From positions 153,266,001 through 153,330,000 of the forward strand of contig NC_086097.1 in assembly GCF_963921235.1 (NCBI RefSeq): a stretch of DNA of 64,000 nucleotides, in the 5' to 3' direction. The notes under the pieces were generated by a model. That model was given only the letters and a program-made list of their open reading frames with translations, ran no database searches and was not told where the DNA came from. Shown here in pieces: positions 47,191 to 60,600 of this stretch; the stretch's first letter is position 1; the number at the start of each line of letters is the position of its first letter. A program made the position numbers and the translations under genes. The DNA comes from Mobula hypostoma (Eukaryota).

Positions 47191-49049
47191 TTTTCATATT
47201 CATTCAAATTCAAATATTGAAGAAAGAGTTTCTTGTAGAAGATTGCTGTGAGTTTTTGGAATTTTCTACCACAGAGAACTATTTGGAAAGGGATCATTGA
47301 AAATATTCATGGCAGAGACCAACAGATATTTCAGTTTTAAAGTAGTTCAGGATATGTGGAAAGTGTGTAAGTGGTGTTGAGGCTAAATTCGATCTTATTA
47401 AATCATCAAATCCATCAGTCCAATAGAGCAATTTTAGGAGTAGCAATACATTCAGATGATTGATGTAGTGGATTTCTTCAATTAATGGGTTAATGCATTC
47501 TTCAGCTAGTTATATCACTTACCTCTGGATACTCTACAGTAGAACACCTGACAAAGGACAATTGGTGACTTCAGTTTGAAATTGACATTCCCTTCAAGCA
47601 AATAATTAACATCAATAATGAAGTGATGATCCTCCAACACCTAGGCAGGTGATCAACATAACAAATTTAGTGCTTCTTTTATTTTTCATTTCATGTTATT
47701 TCGGAACAGACTGTTACTTTTATGTGTGTAGGTGCCCATCCTGCAAGCTGTTTTTTCCCTGTTTGTATTAGGGGAAATTGAATTTGTGCATAAGCTAAGT
47801 TTAGGAGAACCAAAGGAGCTGGTAGAGCATGGGTTTGTGTAGCATTATGTATGAACTGGAGAAAAAGAGGACATTTTTGATCCGGGGTTATTTAATTGAT
47901 TTTTGCTGTTTCAGGAGCAGATTTTGTGCAGTTAGGAATTTTATTTAAAATTTACCTTTTAGTTTCCTATACTCCTGACACAGATTTTACATGTTTCTGA
48001 CACATTGGAGGTAGAACTCATATTTATAGTTTGAAAAGAACCATTATCAAAATAGTATGCTACCATCAAGTACTTTTTTAACTCTATGCCCTTGGCTCTG
48101 TGTGCCTCAGACACAAATTGTCATTATAACTTCTGAGTCTCCATCTCCCTACATGTAGCACGGACAGCCAGACATGATCCTCTTGGTGACTTCTGCACTC
48201 TCTCAGATTCATGTTCTCCTCCTACAGTATGAGCTTTTCAATTCTTTTATTCTTTTGGACATTCTAGATCTTATGGATGTGGTGTTCCAGGTATAGCAAA
48301 ACACCTCAAGAGCTGTAGGTTTGGCAGAAAACTAAATCCTGGAAGCAAATTAAACAGCTTAGAAAAGAAATGAGAATTCAGAAATATCTCAATTTAACAC
48401 AAGCAAACCAGAATGTGATCAGAGACCTCAATGGTTGAGGAGTTTTGTAATTTAAAGATTTCAATTAATCATTAAAAACAACTTCAGTTGGAGTTTTCAA
48501 ATCTATTCCAAGGTCCATAAGTTTCCCAATCTCTCTTCAATATGTCACTGAGAATGCGAAAACAAAGTAGCTTTGGACTGGAGCCAAGAAGCTTACAATG
48601 TAATTCTGCAGCTTCCTAGCCGCTCTCCTGATTGACTTTGTGAAAGCTTCCTTCACATGACTTGTGTTGATTCTTAGAAAAGTTTGGAGAAAGTTTTGAG
48701 ATGAATGGGACTAATCTTGTTTTCCAATCTCTACACAATTGAACTTGATCTACATAGTTACTAATGTTATTCGGGCTTAAGGACAACTTGAATTGGCTGC
48801 AACTGTCCATGAAACTGTTTTGCCATAAGTTGTAACTTGTCTTTAGGCAATTCATAATGTGAAATCAAAGCATTACTTTTATATGAAGAGCAATAATATA
48901 TTACTATTCTAACAATGTGTGGCCGTATCTTTATCTTTCCTTTTCTCGATGTTCCTATACAATGCACAGGATTACTTTCATTCACCAGTAGCATCCAACC
49001 CAAATTGTTGAATTTTGCATGCAAGACATCAGTATGAGATAAATCTCAC

Positions 49050-49128
49050 CATCTGATAGCTCCAGAGCCGCCTCCTGTGGATAAGCGATAGTAAGTGCCT
49101 CGGGTCCTCTGGCTCCTTTGGGTATTCT
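49050..49128 (-). other. Candidate spliced exon (79 nt)
   Basis: Polypyrimidine tract CTCTTCTTTCCTCTTTTACAAG and donor ATG|GTGAGA. Richer in GC and CpG than its flanks, and open in all three frames. Confidence 0.4.
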
Positions 49129-49429
49129 CTTGTAAAAGAGGAAAGAAGAGATCATTTGGTGGCAGCAAAGATATATTAGATTAGATTATGAGGACATAAT
49201 TATATATGCTGTATAATGGATGGATGAAGGGTATTTGAAGACTGCCAAAGGACAAGGGATATGACACTACAGAAGGACCATGCTGAAGGTAAGTACAAAT
49301 GGGAATTGGAGAGGAAATACTGCACTAAGGTTGGTATGACAAGTGAGGTGCTGAAATAAAGAATGCATTTTAGCAGTTGTAGTATTACACATATTAGGAT
49401 GGAAGCAAGTGTATCATTGTCCTTATCCT

Positions 49430-49950
49430 TCTAGATATTGTGAAGGTTTTCCTTTAGCTTTCTGGATCTGGGCACCCATTGCAAGGTCAGCCTGTCCCTA
49501 ATTGCCTTCATAAAGGTGGTGGTGAGCTATATTTTGAAACACTGCTGTTCTTCTGGTAAGATTGCTCCCACATTATTGTTGATAAAGCTGTTCTGGGTGT
49601 CAAGCCTGGGAAAGAATAGTGATATATTTCTATGTCAGGATGGTGCATGATAATGTTCCTCTACACCTACTGCCCTTATCCACAGGTCACAAGCTTAGGA
49701 GGCGGTGTCAGAATGCCTAGTTAAGAATCTGCAATGCGCTCCATCCACAAAGTACACTGTTATCACTGCAGCAGTGATGGAGAGAATGAATGTTTAGGGT
49801 GGTGGCTGGAGTGCCAGTTAAGGAGGCTTCTTTGTGGATAGGATCAAGCACTTGAGAGCTACTGCAGTTGCACTCATTCAAACAAATGGAGAGCATTCCA
49901 TTGCACTCCTGCCTTGCACCTTTTGGGTAGTGAAAAAAACCTTAGGGGAT
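49430..49950 (-). mobile_element. Old CR1-group LINE 3' remnant
   Basis: Antisense pattern TGTCCCTAATTGCCTT...AAGGTGGTGGTGAGC, which I recognise from elasmobranch LINE tails. A related piece lies at 51520-51890. Confidence 0.5.
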
Positions 49951-49959
49951 CAAAGTACA

Positions 49960-51500
49960 CAACGTTCTTTTTGCAGCCAATTACTACACAGAGGGGATTC
50001 ACCGCCATTGTGACTGTTGCTGCTTAAACCACCCTCTTCCCCTGTACAAATGCTGAGAAAGGACTACAGCAACTCTACAGCGCCATCTGCGATCTCGAAG
50101 CCACTTACCCCTACGGTTTCTTTATTGTGGCTGGTGACTTCAATCATGTCAATTTAAAAACAAAGTTTTACCAACATGTCAACTTCACCTCCAGTGGAGA
50201 GAATATTTTAGGTGTATATCAACATTGTAAAGGCTGCAAGTGCCCGCAGCTTGGATACTCAGGCCACACATCCGTTTCGCCAGTCCTTGCATACATACCA
50301 CTGGTTAAGTGAGACAAACCGGATTATAGGGACAGTAGGACCTAACCAGAAGATACCACTTCAATGCAGCAGGAAGCACAGAGTGGAGCAAGGTTCAGGG
50401 AGGTGGCTACCTATGATCATCACGTCAACATTGATGAATATGAGGGAATGGTGACTGGCTACATCGAAGAGTGCATTGAGTTTGTTACTGAGAGTAAACA
50501 CTACATTGCCAGGGCAAATCAGAAACCATGGCTGACTGCAGAGGTTCATGCACTGCTTAAGGATCAGGATGCTACCTCCAGTTGAGAAGAAAGTTAGCAA
50601 GAGCTGTGCTCTCCCCTGCCATCAGGAAGGCAAAACAAGAGAACTGAGAGAAAATACACAGGCATCTTTGCAACACTGGGATACACAGTGCATGTAACAG
50701 TTTACATGTCCACCCTGCTGACTCATTGCTGCACAGCCAGATCCAACTCAAACCGCAGCATCAAGTTTGCTGATGATTCAACAGTGATGAGTCAACATAC
50801 AGAGAGGAGGTAAAGAGACTTGTCAAATACTTTGAGAACAACAACTGACAATGTGGACAAGACAAAAATCATGACTGTGGACATCTTGAAGGCACAGGTT
50901 GACCACTCTCCATTGCACATCAATGGCTCTGCCATGAGGAGAGTGAAGAACACAAAGTACCTTGGTGTGCACATAATGAACGATCTGACCTGGACCCACA
51001 ATACCACCTCACAGGTCAAGAAGGCAGAGTAGTGCCTACATTTTCTGAGGAGATTGAGGCTTGCAAGACAATCGCACCATTCTAACAAATTTCTTCAAAA
51101 GTACCATTGAGAGTGTTCTGTCCGAATGCATTATTGTGTGATGTGGACTGCAAGACCCTACAGAAGGACACTGCCAAGAGGATCACTTGGGTCTCCCCCT
51201 CACTTATTTGTGACATTTACCGGGATGTTTTCCAGGAATGTTGTATATGAAGGGCCAGATGCATTGTTGAGAATCCCTACCATTCATCCCACAATCTTTT
51301 TGGCCCACTACCGTCAGGAAGGAGGTACAGGAGCATCAGGGCTAAGACTGCCAGACTGGGTGATAGCTTTTTCCCTCAGGCTGTGAGGCTAATGTATAAT
51401 CTGCCACCACCGAGTTGTCGTCACCAGGATAGCAAGCTGTTTACTGTTTACCTGTGCTGCACAATTCATATGCACTTTGAATTATATTTTTTTAAGTTAT
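49960..51500 (+). mobile_element. Degraded, internally deleted Rex1 LINE
   Basis: Motifs VAGDFNHVNLK, NQKPWLTAEV, IKFADDSTV and KYLGVHIMNDLTWTHNT. Confidence 0.85.
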
Positions 51501-53639
51501 TATGTGACTTGTTTATTTGAGATAATAGTCAATAGTGGTCCCCAATATACTGATATGGAGGACTCAGTGATTGTAATTCATGGAATGTCAAGGATAGGGT
51601 TGGATTCTCTCATATTTGTGATTAGTATTGCCTGACATCTTCATAGAGCAAAGGTTGATTGTCATCTAGCAGGCTATGGTTGTTGTGGTCTGGTCTTTCC
51701 TGGGATTGCCTCTTTTCCTGAAGAGCTGCAAATGGAATTGAATTTGATGCAGTAATAAATAAGCATTCCCCTTCTGACCTTATGAAGGATGGGAGGTCAT
51801 TGATGAAGCAGTTAAAAGTAGTTGTGCCTATGATTTGATCTGAAGAGCTCTTGCGGTCATGCCCTGGGCTAGGACGAATGATGCTAGGTCTTTATAACTT
51901 TGAATATACAGTAAGAGCATGGGAAGGTATTTCTGTTACTGATATCTGTGGCCATTGCCAAATTCATGTCCTTGTTTCAGCTACAGGTTTTTGATCACCT
52001 CAACTGACATGATATTCATCAAAACTTCAAGGCTGCCCAATGTTACTGATGTGTCCACTTTCCACTTCTTCTCTTCCCACAGAGAGTGTAGGAGCCACAT
52101 ACCACAGCAGACCTCATGGTTCCAAAACCCCTTGAAGTACTTGCACTACAACTGATGCATGCCATCTCTGAAAACAGAACCAATATGTTAATTGAGCAAA
52201 TTAGTTAAATCCACTTCATCGAAACGCCACTTCTCCCAAATGCCATTTGAGCATATACAGTAGCACAATTTATATGGAAGCTAAAATTCATCTTCATGAC
52301 TTCCACCAGTAAGAGATTTTTATTTGCTTCTGAGTCTCAGTATTTTCCAACCTAATTAATTCATGGATGTGAAATGCTTACACCTGTGGTTGTCCTGATT
52401 TCCAGTAACTCTGACATTCTGCTCCTTTCACTGGATGGGCTTCCAGCAGAATAATTGCAGGCAGAGACACAAAAGTTGTTTCAGGGTAACTGAACTTTCA
52501 CACCTAACCCATTCAGGTAAATCCATTAAATTTACAAACTTCAAGCAACTCAGTTACTTCTTGCAGTAATATCTTTAAACTCCCTCAAATCAACTGTGTC
52601 AGCTTAAACCAGAAGCCAATACAAACATGTGTGCCACTTCCACAATAGTCAATCAATAAGAAGCAGCCGTCAGCACCAGTAATTTCATATCTAATTGATA
52701 GCTAGTTTGTCATTCAAACCACTTTATTCATGCTTGTGCTATAAATAGCCTTAGTTAATTCAGTGCTTACCTACGCATCCATCCATTTCAATTTAAGCCT
52801 GTATTCTTGTGGATGTCTGCAGCTTAACTCAATTTCCCGCTGGCAGCAGGGGGGTGGTTATGCTTTTAATTTACTTTGGTTTTAGTTCTTTTGGTGGAAA
52901 TATTTTAGAGTGTGGTTTCAGACTCTGACCTGATCCACAGCACATTACAAAAAGGGCATATATGAGTCTCCTAGCCATACATATCATATATCAGTCTCCT
53001 GGCCATTCTCCCTATCTTCAGATATTATCCTTTTATCAGACTTTGCCTTCTGTTTCATATTACAAAATTTAAATTTGAAATGAAAATCATCCCCTACTTG
53101 CAAAGCTCCTTCCTGGAACAGAATGCTTCAATAAGTTGTTGTCGAGTTGTCAAGAGAATAGCTATATCCAGTAATATTACGTTCATAGGCAGATCTGAAA
53201 CTGAATGTAAATTGAGATCTTTTTCAGATAAACAGAACCTGACACATGTAATAATATTTTGGTGGTTTAATTAGTATCATATATTTTGTTCCACAGGGAA
53301 ATGTGAAAATTGCCTTGGGTTTAATTCTCATTGTTAACCCACCATAAAGGTGACTCTGATTCATAACAGAAATGCTGATAAGCACATCAATGAACATTTT
53401 CTCTTTTTTTTTTGTACCTGAAATAAGCCATCTGAAGGATTTTTTTCCTGATTCATCTAATGTGTGCACAGAATCAAGACACCTGCCATATTTTGAATGA
53501 ACTTTAGTTCATTCTCTGCTTTGGATGTCCTGATTTTATTCAGTTTTTTTTTATCCCAGACAGCCTGCAAGCATTTGGCAATTCTTGACTGTTTAATCTT
53601 TCTCCTATCACCATTCACAGCCCTCTTCATGTCAGTAGC

Positions 53640-54080
53640 ACAGAAGTGGAAACTCCTGGGAGTGCATAACTAACATAATGATTGCAGAGCATACCCTCCA
53701 CGGTTAAGACAACTCATTAACACCTCTACTTTTTGAGGAGGTTGAAGAGAGCTGTACCATGTACAGTAGTACTAAGGACTATCTGCAGATGCACAGTTGG
53801 AAACATCCTAACATGCTGTATCACTGTGACACTGCACAAAGACGGACAGAAGGTCTCCACATTGGGTATAATGCATCCCTGGCACCAGCCTACCCATCAT
53901 CAAGGACATATATATACAGAAAAGTGCCAAAAAAGCCAGCAATATCATGAAAGATGTCACCCATCCTACGAATGAACTGTTTGTCACACTCCAGTCAGGA
54001 AAGAGGCTACACAGCATACGTACCAGGACCACAAGACCATTTTCCCCCAAGCCATCAGGCAGACTAACACCTCCACCCAT
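53640..54080 (+). mobile_element. Rex1-type LINE 3' fragment (tail probably 54890-55155)
   Basis: Motifs KLLGVH and LYFLRRLKR...RCTVGNILTCCITV. Confidence 0.7.
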
Positions 54081-54222
54081 GAACTCACCCTACACCACTA
54101 CATACACATCCTCTCCATAGCCCCTCAGTACCCTTCATCTCCCCATGTACTGCCGCTTTATGCTTACATTCTACACCTCATTTCTACCATTGACCCCTTC
54201 ACTGAACAATTGTGTTTTTATA

Positions 54223-54787
54223 CACTCAGCGGCAACTTTATTAGGTAGAGGAGATACCTAATAAAGTGACCACTGAGTGTACGTACATGGTCTTCTGCTG
54301 CTGTAGCCAATCTACTTCAAGGTTTGACATTTTATGCATTCAGAGAAGCTCTTCTGCACACCACTGCTGTGTTGCTGTCACCTTCCTGTCAGCTTGAACG
54401 AGAATGGCAATTCGCCCCGATCTCTCTCATTAACAAGGCATTTTTGCATTTTTATCCACAGGCCGGCAACTCACCAGATGTGTTTTTTTTTTGTTCTCCA
54501 CACTATCTTCTGTATAAAGTCTAGAGACTGTTGTGCGTAAAATTCTCAGGAGATCAGCAGTTTCTGAGATACTCAAACCACCTCATCTGTCACCAACAAT
54601 CATTGTATGGCCAAAGTCACAGATCAGATTTCTTCTCCAGCCAGGTGTTTGGTCTGAACAACAACTGAATGTTTTGACCACATCTGCATGCTTTTATGCA
54701 TTGAGTTGCTGCCACATGATTGGCTGATGAGATAGTTGCATAAAAGAGCAGGTGTACAGTTGTACCTAATACAATGGCCACTGGGTG
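54223..54787. mobile_element. Non-autonomous Tc1/mariner-like element
   Basis: TA followed by CACTCAGCGGCAACTTTATTAGGTA, and TACCTAATACAATGGCCACTGGGTG at the other end. An extra inverted TIR copy ends at 54279. Confidence 0.8.
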
Positions 54788-56119
54788 AATGCACAGCTGC
54801 TACCTAGGAGGGTTCATCTTGTCAAGAGTCACTTTGTTGGTTTATTATTACCTATCCGAGTCACTTTTGGTTTAGAAACTCCAGCACCAAGGTCATCTTA
54901 TGAACCTGTACATTCAATATGTCGATGTCTGTAAACTAAGCTTCTGTGTTTATGGCCACATTCAGTACTTACTTCTACTTTTTGTTGAATGGGATTGCTT
55001 TTATATTTATAATTATTGTGTTTCATTATGCTTGCTGTGTTTTTTTTATGCTGCATCAGACCTGGATTAACAATCATTTTGTTCTTCTTTATTCTCGTGT
55101 ACTGGAGAATGACAACAACAACAATAATAACCAACCTGGAATCTTGAATCTTGAGTAGTTCTTTATCAGTTTTTTTTTATTAGCTTTGTTCTTTCAAGTT
55201 AGTCTTTCAATTTTATTTCCATGATGTGTTTTGTTTCCAATCTGGAGCATTATGTGAAGAGGTTAAAAAGCTCAGTAACTGGAACAACTGATGTACACTA
55301 AATTTCTCATTAATTGCCTTGGGCATATTACCTTTCCTATTCCAAGAAAATCCTTGCAGCATTTTTGCCGTCATTTGATATGACTGTCCTTCTGTTGGGG
55401 ATGAGATAGCCTTGATGCAGAATTTAATGTTTTTTGTATCAAAGATAAGGAAAAAATATTGATAAGAAATGAAAAGTTGCCCGTTTGTTGAAATAAATCC
55501 TTGTTTATGTCAATGCAATAGGATAGTGGTGAATTGTCTGACATGTTTACAAAGGACAGCAGCAAGTAAATTCAATTTTGAATGTTCTCCTGTTGGTAAT
55601 TTATTTCTGAAAATGAAATGTGTGGCTTCTCAGGGTTAGCCTGCAGCCTAAAACACATTGTTCAGCTTTTATCAGAGAGTAGAATTTCACATTGGTCTGT
55701 CACTTTAAGACATTTTTCAGGGTATTCCTTATAAGGAAGTTATAGAAAGAGATATAACAGGAATTTAGAGGGGACAGGTTGTCAGTTGGTGATTATCTTG
55801 GACCTGGTTTATATATAAAATGGATAACTATAATACCTTAACATAAATACATTTATTAAGATTCAATATATTCATATCAGAATATTTATATTCAAGGCTA
55901 AACTTTTATTACGCAGTGGTTGTTTTTCCAAGTTCTCAGGGCAGCCTCAAACAAAGCAAGCACACCACATAGCTCTGCTTTCCAACAGGAGCACAGATCA
56001 CGAGTTCCATAAAGGTAGGAGGAATGTACACTTAAACAGAGACCACTGAATCCCCTTTCCATTACACAATCAAATTGCCTTTTGTTTTCAAATCAACTAA
56101 TGAACTCCTGGTTTAACCT

Positions 56120-56626
56120 AGTCATAGTAGTCATACTTTATTGATCCCGGGGGAAATTGGTTTTCGTTACAGTTGCACCATAAATAATAAATAGTAATAG
56201 TAATATTACTATTAGTAAATAGTAACAGTCATAGAAATAATAACTAGTAATAGAAAATAGTGATAAATAGTTAAATAGTAATATGTAATTTATGCCAGTA
56301 AATTATGAAATAAATCCAGGACCAGCCTATCGGCTCAGGGTGTCTAACCCTTCAAGGGAGGAGTTGTAAAGTTTGATGGCCACAGGCAGGAATGACTTCC
56401 TATGCTGCTCTGTGCTGTATCTCGGAGGAATGAGTCTCTGGCTGAATATACTCCTGTGCCCACCCAGTACATTATATAGTGGATCGGAGACATTGACCAA
56501 GATGGCATGCAACTTAGATAGCATCCCCTTTTCAGACACAACCGTCAGAGAGTCCAGTTCCATCCCCACAATATCACTGGCCTTACGAATGAGTTTGTTG
56601 ATTCTGTTGGTGTCTGCTACCCTCAC
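56120..56626 (-). mobile_element. Rex1/Babar LINE 3' fragment
   Basis: ORF ADTNRINKLIRKAS...HRKSFLPVAIKLYN, with an AATAGT-rich 3' UTR. Confidence 0.88.
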
Positions 56627-57299
56627 CACAGGTTTAGGAATTGTGATAGATATTCAGCTTCTTCACCTTTAGAAGAAATGTTTTCACTCCTAAACTTGCC
56701 TGAATAATTTTGATCAATAGACTGATGCTCTGGGGGCACTCGGTCTCTTGCCTGACAAATAGATATTGCTGTTAGTGTTGTGTCACTGAAGAATCTGCAG
56801 TTGTCACAAACCCTGTTGAACAGCCTGATGTTCGTTGTGATACTGAGAACACTTGCAGTCAAAGAACACATCAGGTTTTTAATCTAACTGTGCTGTAAAT
56901 TTACTTGGTCATGTACATCCCTCACTATAACAATGAGATCTATGTGTAAACAGATTTTCTTAGTAATATAAAAATATATATAGATTGTAAACACTAGCAG
57001 CCACAGAAATACCAATGTTCTATTGATCTGCACCAGTTTTGCTTTGAGGATTCAAAACTTAAATGTGATTATTAATCAGAAGTATTTTTAGCATGGAATG
57101 AGCCTTAGAGTCATAATCATAAAGTTACGAAGTTATACAGCGTGGAAATAGACCCATTGGCCCAACCTATCCCTGCTGACCAAGATATCTTTCCTAGCAG
57201 GCTGGGCCATTTCCTTCCAAATCCCTACTCTTCATGAGCCTACCAAAAATAACTTTCAACCAATGCAGTACTACCTGTCTCCACCATCTCCCTGCCATC

Positions 57300-57679
57300 C
57301 CACTGCAATCCTTTGTCTTGCAAAGCACACCTTGCATTATGGTCTCCCCTTCAGGTGGGACCACCCAGGCATCTTCCCTGGTGCTCTTTTCTCTGCACCT
57401 CCCACCAAAAGCCCCCAAACCAGACTATTGTCCTTCAGAAATCTCATCCTGCTCAGCTCTCTCAAATGTTTCATGGCATCCCACTGGACAGAAAGTTACA
57501 ACACGTACCAAAATAATCCAGATTGGCTGACACAGCATTCCTAAGTTGGACAACATAGCTCCTTGTCTTTAGCTGAATCTGAAACACTCTTACTAGTAGA
57601 ACATATTACTTTTGCAGAAAATTGCTAAAATAAAAATAACTCGCAGCATAGCTGTAGAAATCTTAACCAGGGCATTGCA
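57300..57679 (-). repeat. LTR fragment related to the 14378-15278 LTR
   Basis: 57515-57679 aligns with 15120-15278 (ATCC.GATTG.CTGAC...AATC.TAACCAGGG...CA). The left boundary is approximate. Confidence 0.7.
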
Positions 57680-60600
57680 CCTATTTAAACCAGGCAGCCT
57701 TAAACAGTTGCACCCAGCCTTGAGTTACCTTGTTGCCTGTGCTGCTTAGTATCTGTTCGCTCTTGTTTTGTGGCCCTGCACAGCTTGCTGTTTTGCAGCT
57801 TATTGTGTAAGTTATTGCTCACCTCCAATTCATCTCTCCTGCTCTGCTTTTGGGTCGATCCACCTCTGCATTTCCTGACAGGACTAGAAAACCTGCAATT
57901 GACCTAGAAGAGTATGTTCGCCTAAGGGATGTCTTCTGTCGACACCAGCGCATGACACAGAAGCAGCAAGAAACAATTGTCCATCTGCTCACCACTGTCA
58001 ACCAACCCTCTATTTTGATATAGCAGCCATATGCAGGTCAACCTTGGAGCCCCACATTCCAATGCCCAAATACTTCATCGGATCCCCAACCCAGTTCCAC
58101 AAATTCCCCTCCCAGTGTGTCTTTCACTTTGAGCTCCAGCCATTTCTGTCAGGCCTGCACAAGCAGGCACCTCCCAGTCTCCACCCAGCTAAAGGGAGTC
58201 ACTTGCCATTCATTGCCAACTCATCACCTGCAGCCTATTTAAACCCAGCTCTACAGCACAGTCCACTATTCACCCATTGAAAGAGCATGCCTGCCTCAGT
58301 TGCTTCTAGGCATTGAATTGAATACTTACCTGCATCATGGCTCACATTCGGAGCTGGATTACATGGTGGAATTCAAGATCTTTGTGGTGGAGTGTGGCAG
58401 GAATGTGGTAACACTGCTGGCCCATTACCATCAACAGCACCATCTTGTAGAGATAAGGAATATTCTATCTGGTAAGCTCTCACCAGTCTCTCATTCTAGC
58501 ACCATAGCTTGAATCATTCTCCCCATCTGCCTCCAAGCCCCAACTGCCCTACGCACATCAGAATCTCTGATGGAGTCTGGCGCAGCAGGCAACTTTCTGG
58601 ACCGGACTACTGGTGCACAGTTTGAACTCCCTACTGAGCCTATCTCTCGTTTATTCTGAATCATGGCCATTGATGGACATACCTTGGGTACAGGATGGTC
58701 AGATTGTACACACGGTCATTGCACATGAGCATGGAAGAGACTTTGGGCCCCGCCATTTCCTCCTTATTGACTCACCCAACACTACTCTCATCTTGGCTTA
58801 TTCCTGGATCTCCACTCACGACCCTCACTTCACTTAGTCATCTAGTTCACTGCTGAGTTCGGGACCAACCTACTGGACCAGCTTCCTGCAACCTCAGATG
58901 ACTTCAGCCCGTAAACCCGCAGAGATGGAAGAAACTCTTGACCTCACCTAACGTCTGCTGGAGTACCACAGCATAGCCGTCACCTTTAGTAAAAGGGAAG
59001 CCAGCACACTGCCACCTCACAGACCATACGGCTGCATATTGACCTGCTCCCTGGCAGCACCCTTCTCAGAGGTCATCTGTTCTCCTTCTCACTCTCCTCT
59101 CTTAAACCCAAGCCATGAATAACAAATTAGCCAAAGTCCTACAGCACAACTTCATTCAATCATCCCAGTCCTGAGGCAGTGCAGAGTTTTTTGTTGAAAA
59201 GAAGTATGGGGTTCCTCTTCCCTGGATTGGCTATGGTAGGTTCACCATTACAAACTGCTATCCTCTTTCCATAATGGATAACATATTCAAAATAGTCCAT
59301 GGAGCCCAGATCTTCACCAATCTGGATCTAAGGATTGCATACAATCTGACCCACATCTGCCAAAGGGATGTGTGGAAGCAGCATTTATAACACTCACTGG
59401 TCACCACGAATACCTGATGATGCATTTTGAACTTTCCAAAAGTCCATCTGTTTTACAAGCCTTCACTGACAAGATCCTCCAAGACACGCTACAGAGGTAT
59501 GTGTTCATTTACCTCAATGACACCTTCATCTTCTCTGCGGGCCCCTAAGTTCATATCTATCGCATCTGTTCAGTCTTTCAGTGCCTCAGTGAAAATCAAG
59601 TCTACTGCAAGTTAGAAAAATACAAGTTCCACACCCCAGATACATCCATTCACCCCAAGACATAACCATTGATCCAGGGAAAGTGTGAGACATTGTTGAA
59701 TGCTCTCAACCATGCCCCCTCAGACAGCCACAGTGCTTCTTGGCTTCTCCAAGCTCTACTGCTGTTTCATCAAGAACTACAGCCAAACTGCTGCACCTCT
59801 CACCTCCGTCAGCAAATCACCTACCTCAGGGATAACCTGGTCACCTGCCATGGACCATACTTTTGAGGAGCTCAAGACATACTTTGCAACCGGTCCCATT
59901 CTCTGCTATCCGAATATCTCTAACTTTTGTGGTAGAGGTGGACACATCTGACATGGGGCTGGGGTAATCCTCTCCCAGCAAGGACCGAATAGGGAGACAA
60001 ACCCTTGTGCATTCTTCTAGCACAAGTTCAACTCCACACAGCACCACCATGGAGTACAGCCAGGGTGTTGCTTGAAATTAAATGGGCCTTGGAGAATGGA
60101 GATATTGGGTGATGGAAAACACCAAGCCCTTCCTGATCCAAACTTTCATATCCATACACCAGACACACCGACTCAACCCATGTCAGGCTTGCTGGGCCTT
60201 CTTCCTCCAGCAATCCAACTTCACCATCTCTGATCAACCCGGGGCCAGGAACACAAAGGCGGACACCCTGTCATGCCAGTTTGACCTAGCAGAAACTGTG
60301 ATGGACCCTCAGCCCGTCATTCCATCCTCCCAGATCCTCGTCTCAATCATCTGAGATATTGAGAACCAGGTCTTCCACACCCTACAGCATGAGCCTACTC
60401 CACCTGACACACTTGACAACTGCATGTACCTGCTGGCAGCCAAAAGCTCTTAGGCACTCCAGTGGGCCCACTCTTCACCCGTCTCTGGCTATCCAGGCAC
60501 ATGACGGATTCTGGATTTTCTGCAAATGCTGGATTTTGTGGCCCACCATGTTTGCAGATGTATGTAATTCTTTCACTACTTGCCTTCAATGCGCCCACTG

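Noticed and set aside
48616..49024. Two short minus-strand ORFs as a gene
   Set aside because: AT-rich, with no recognisable motif and no convincing splice signals.
52838..52860. CTCF site (TGGCAGCAGGGGGGTGG)
   Set aside because: Only a partial match with a shifted G-run; not supportable without scoring.
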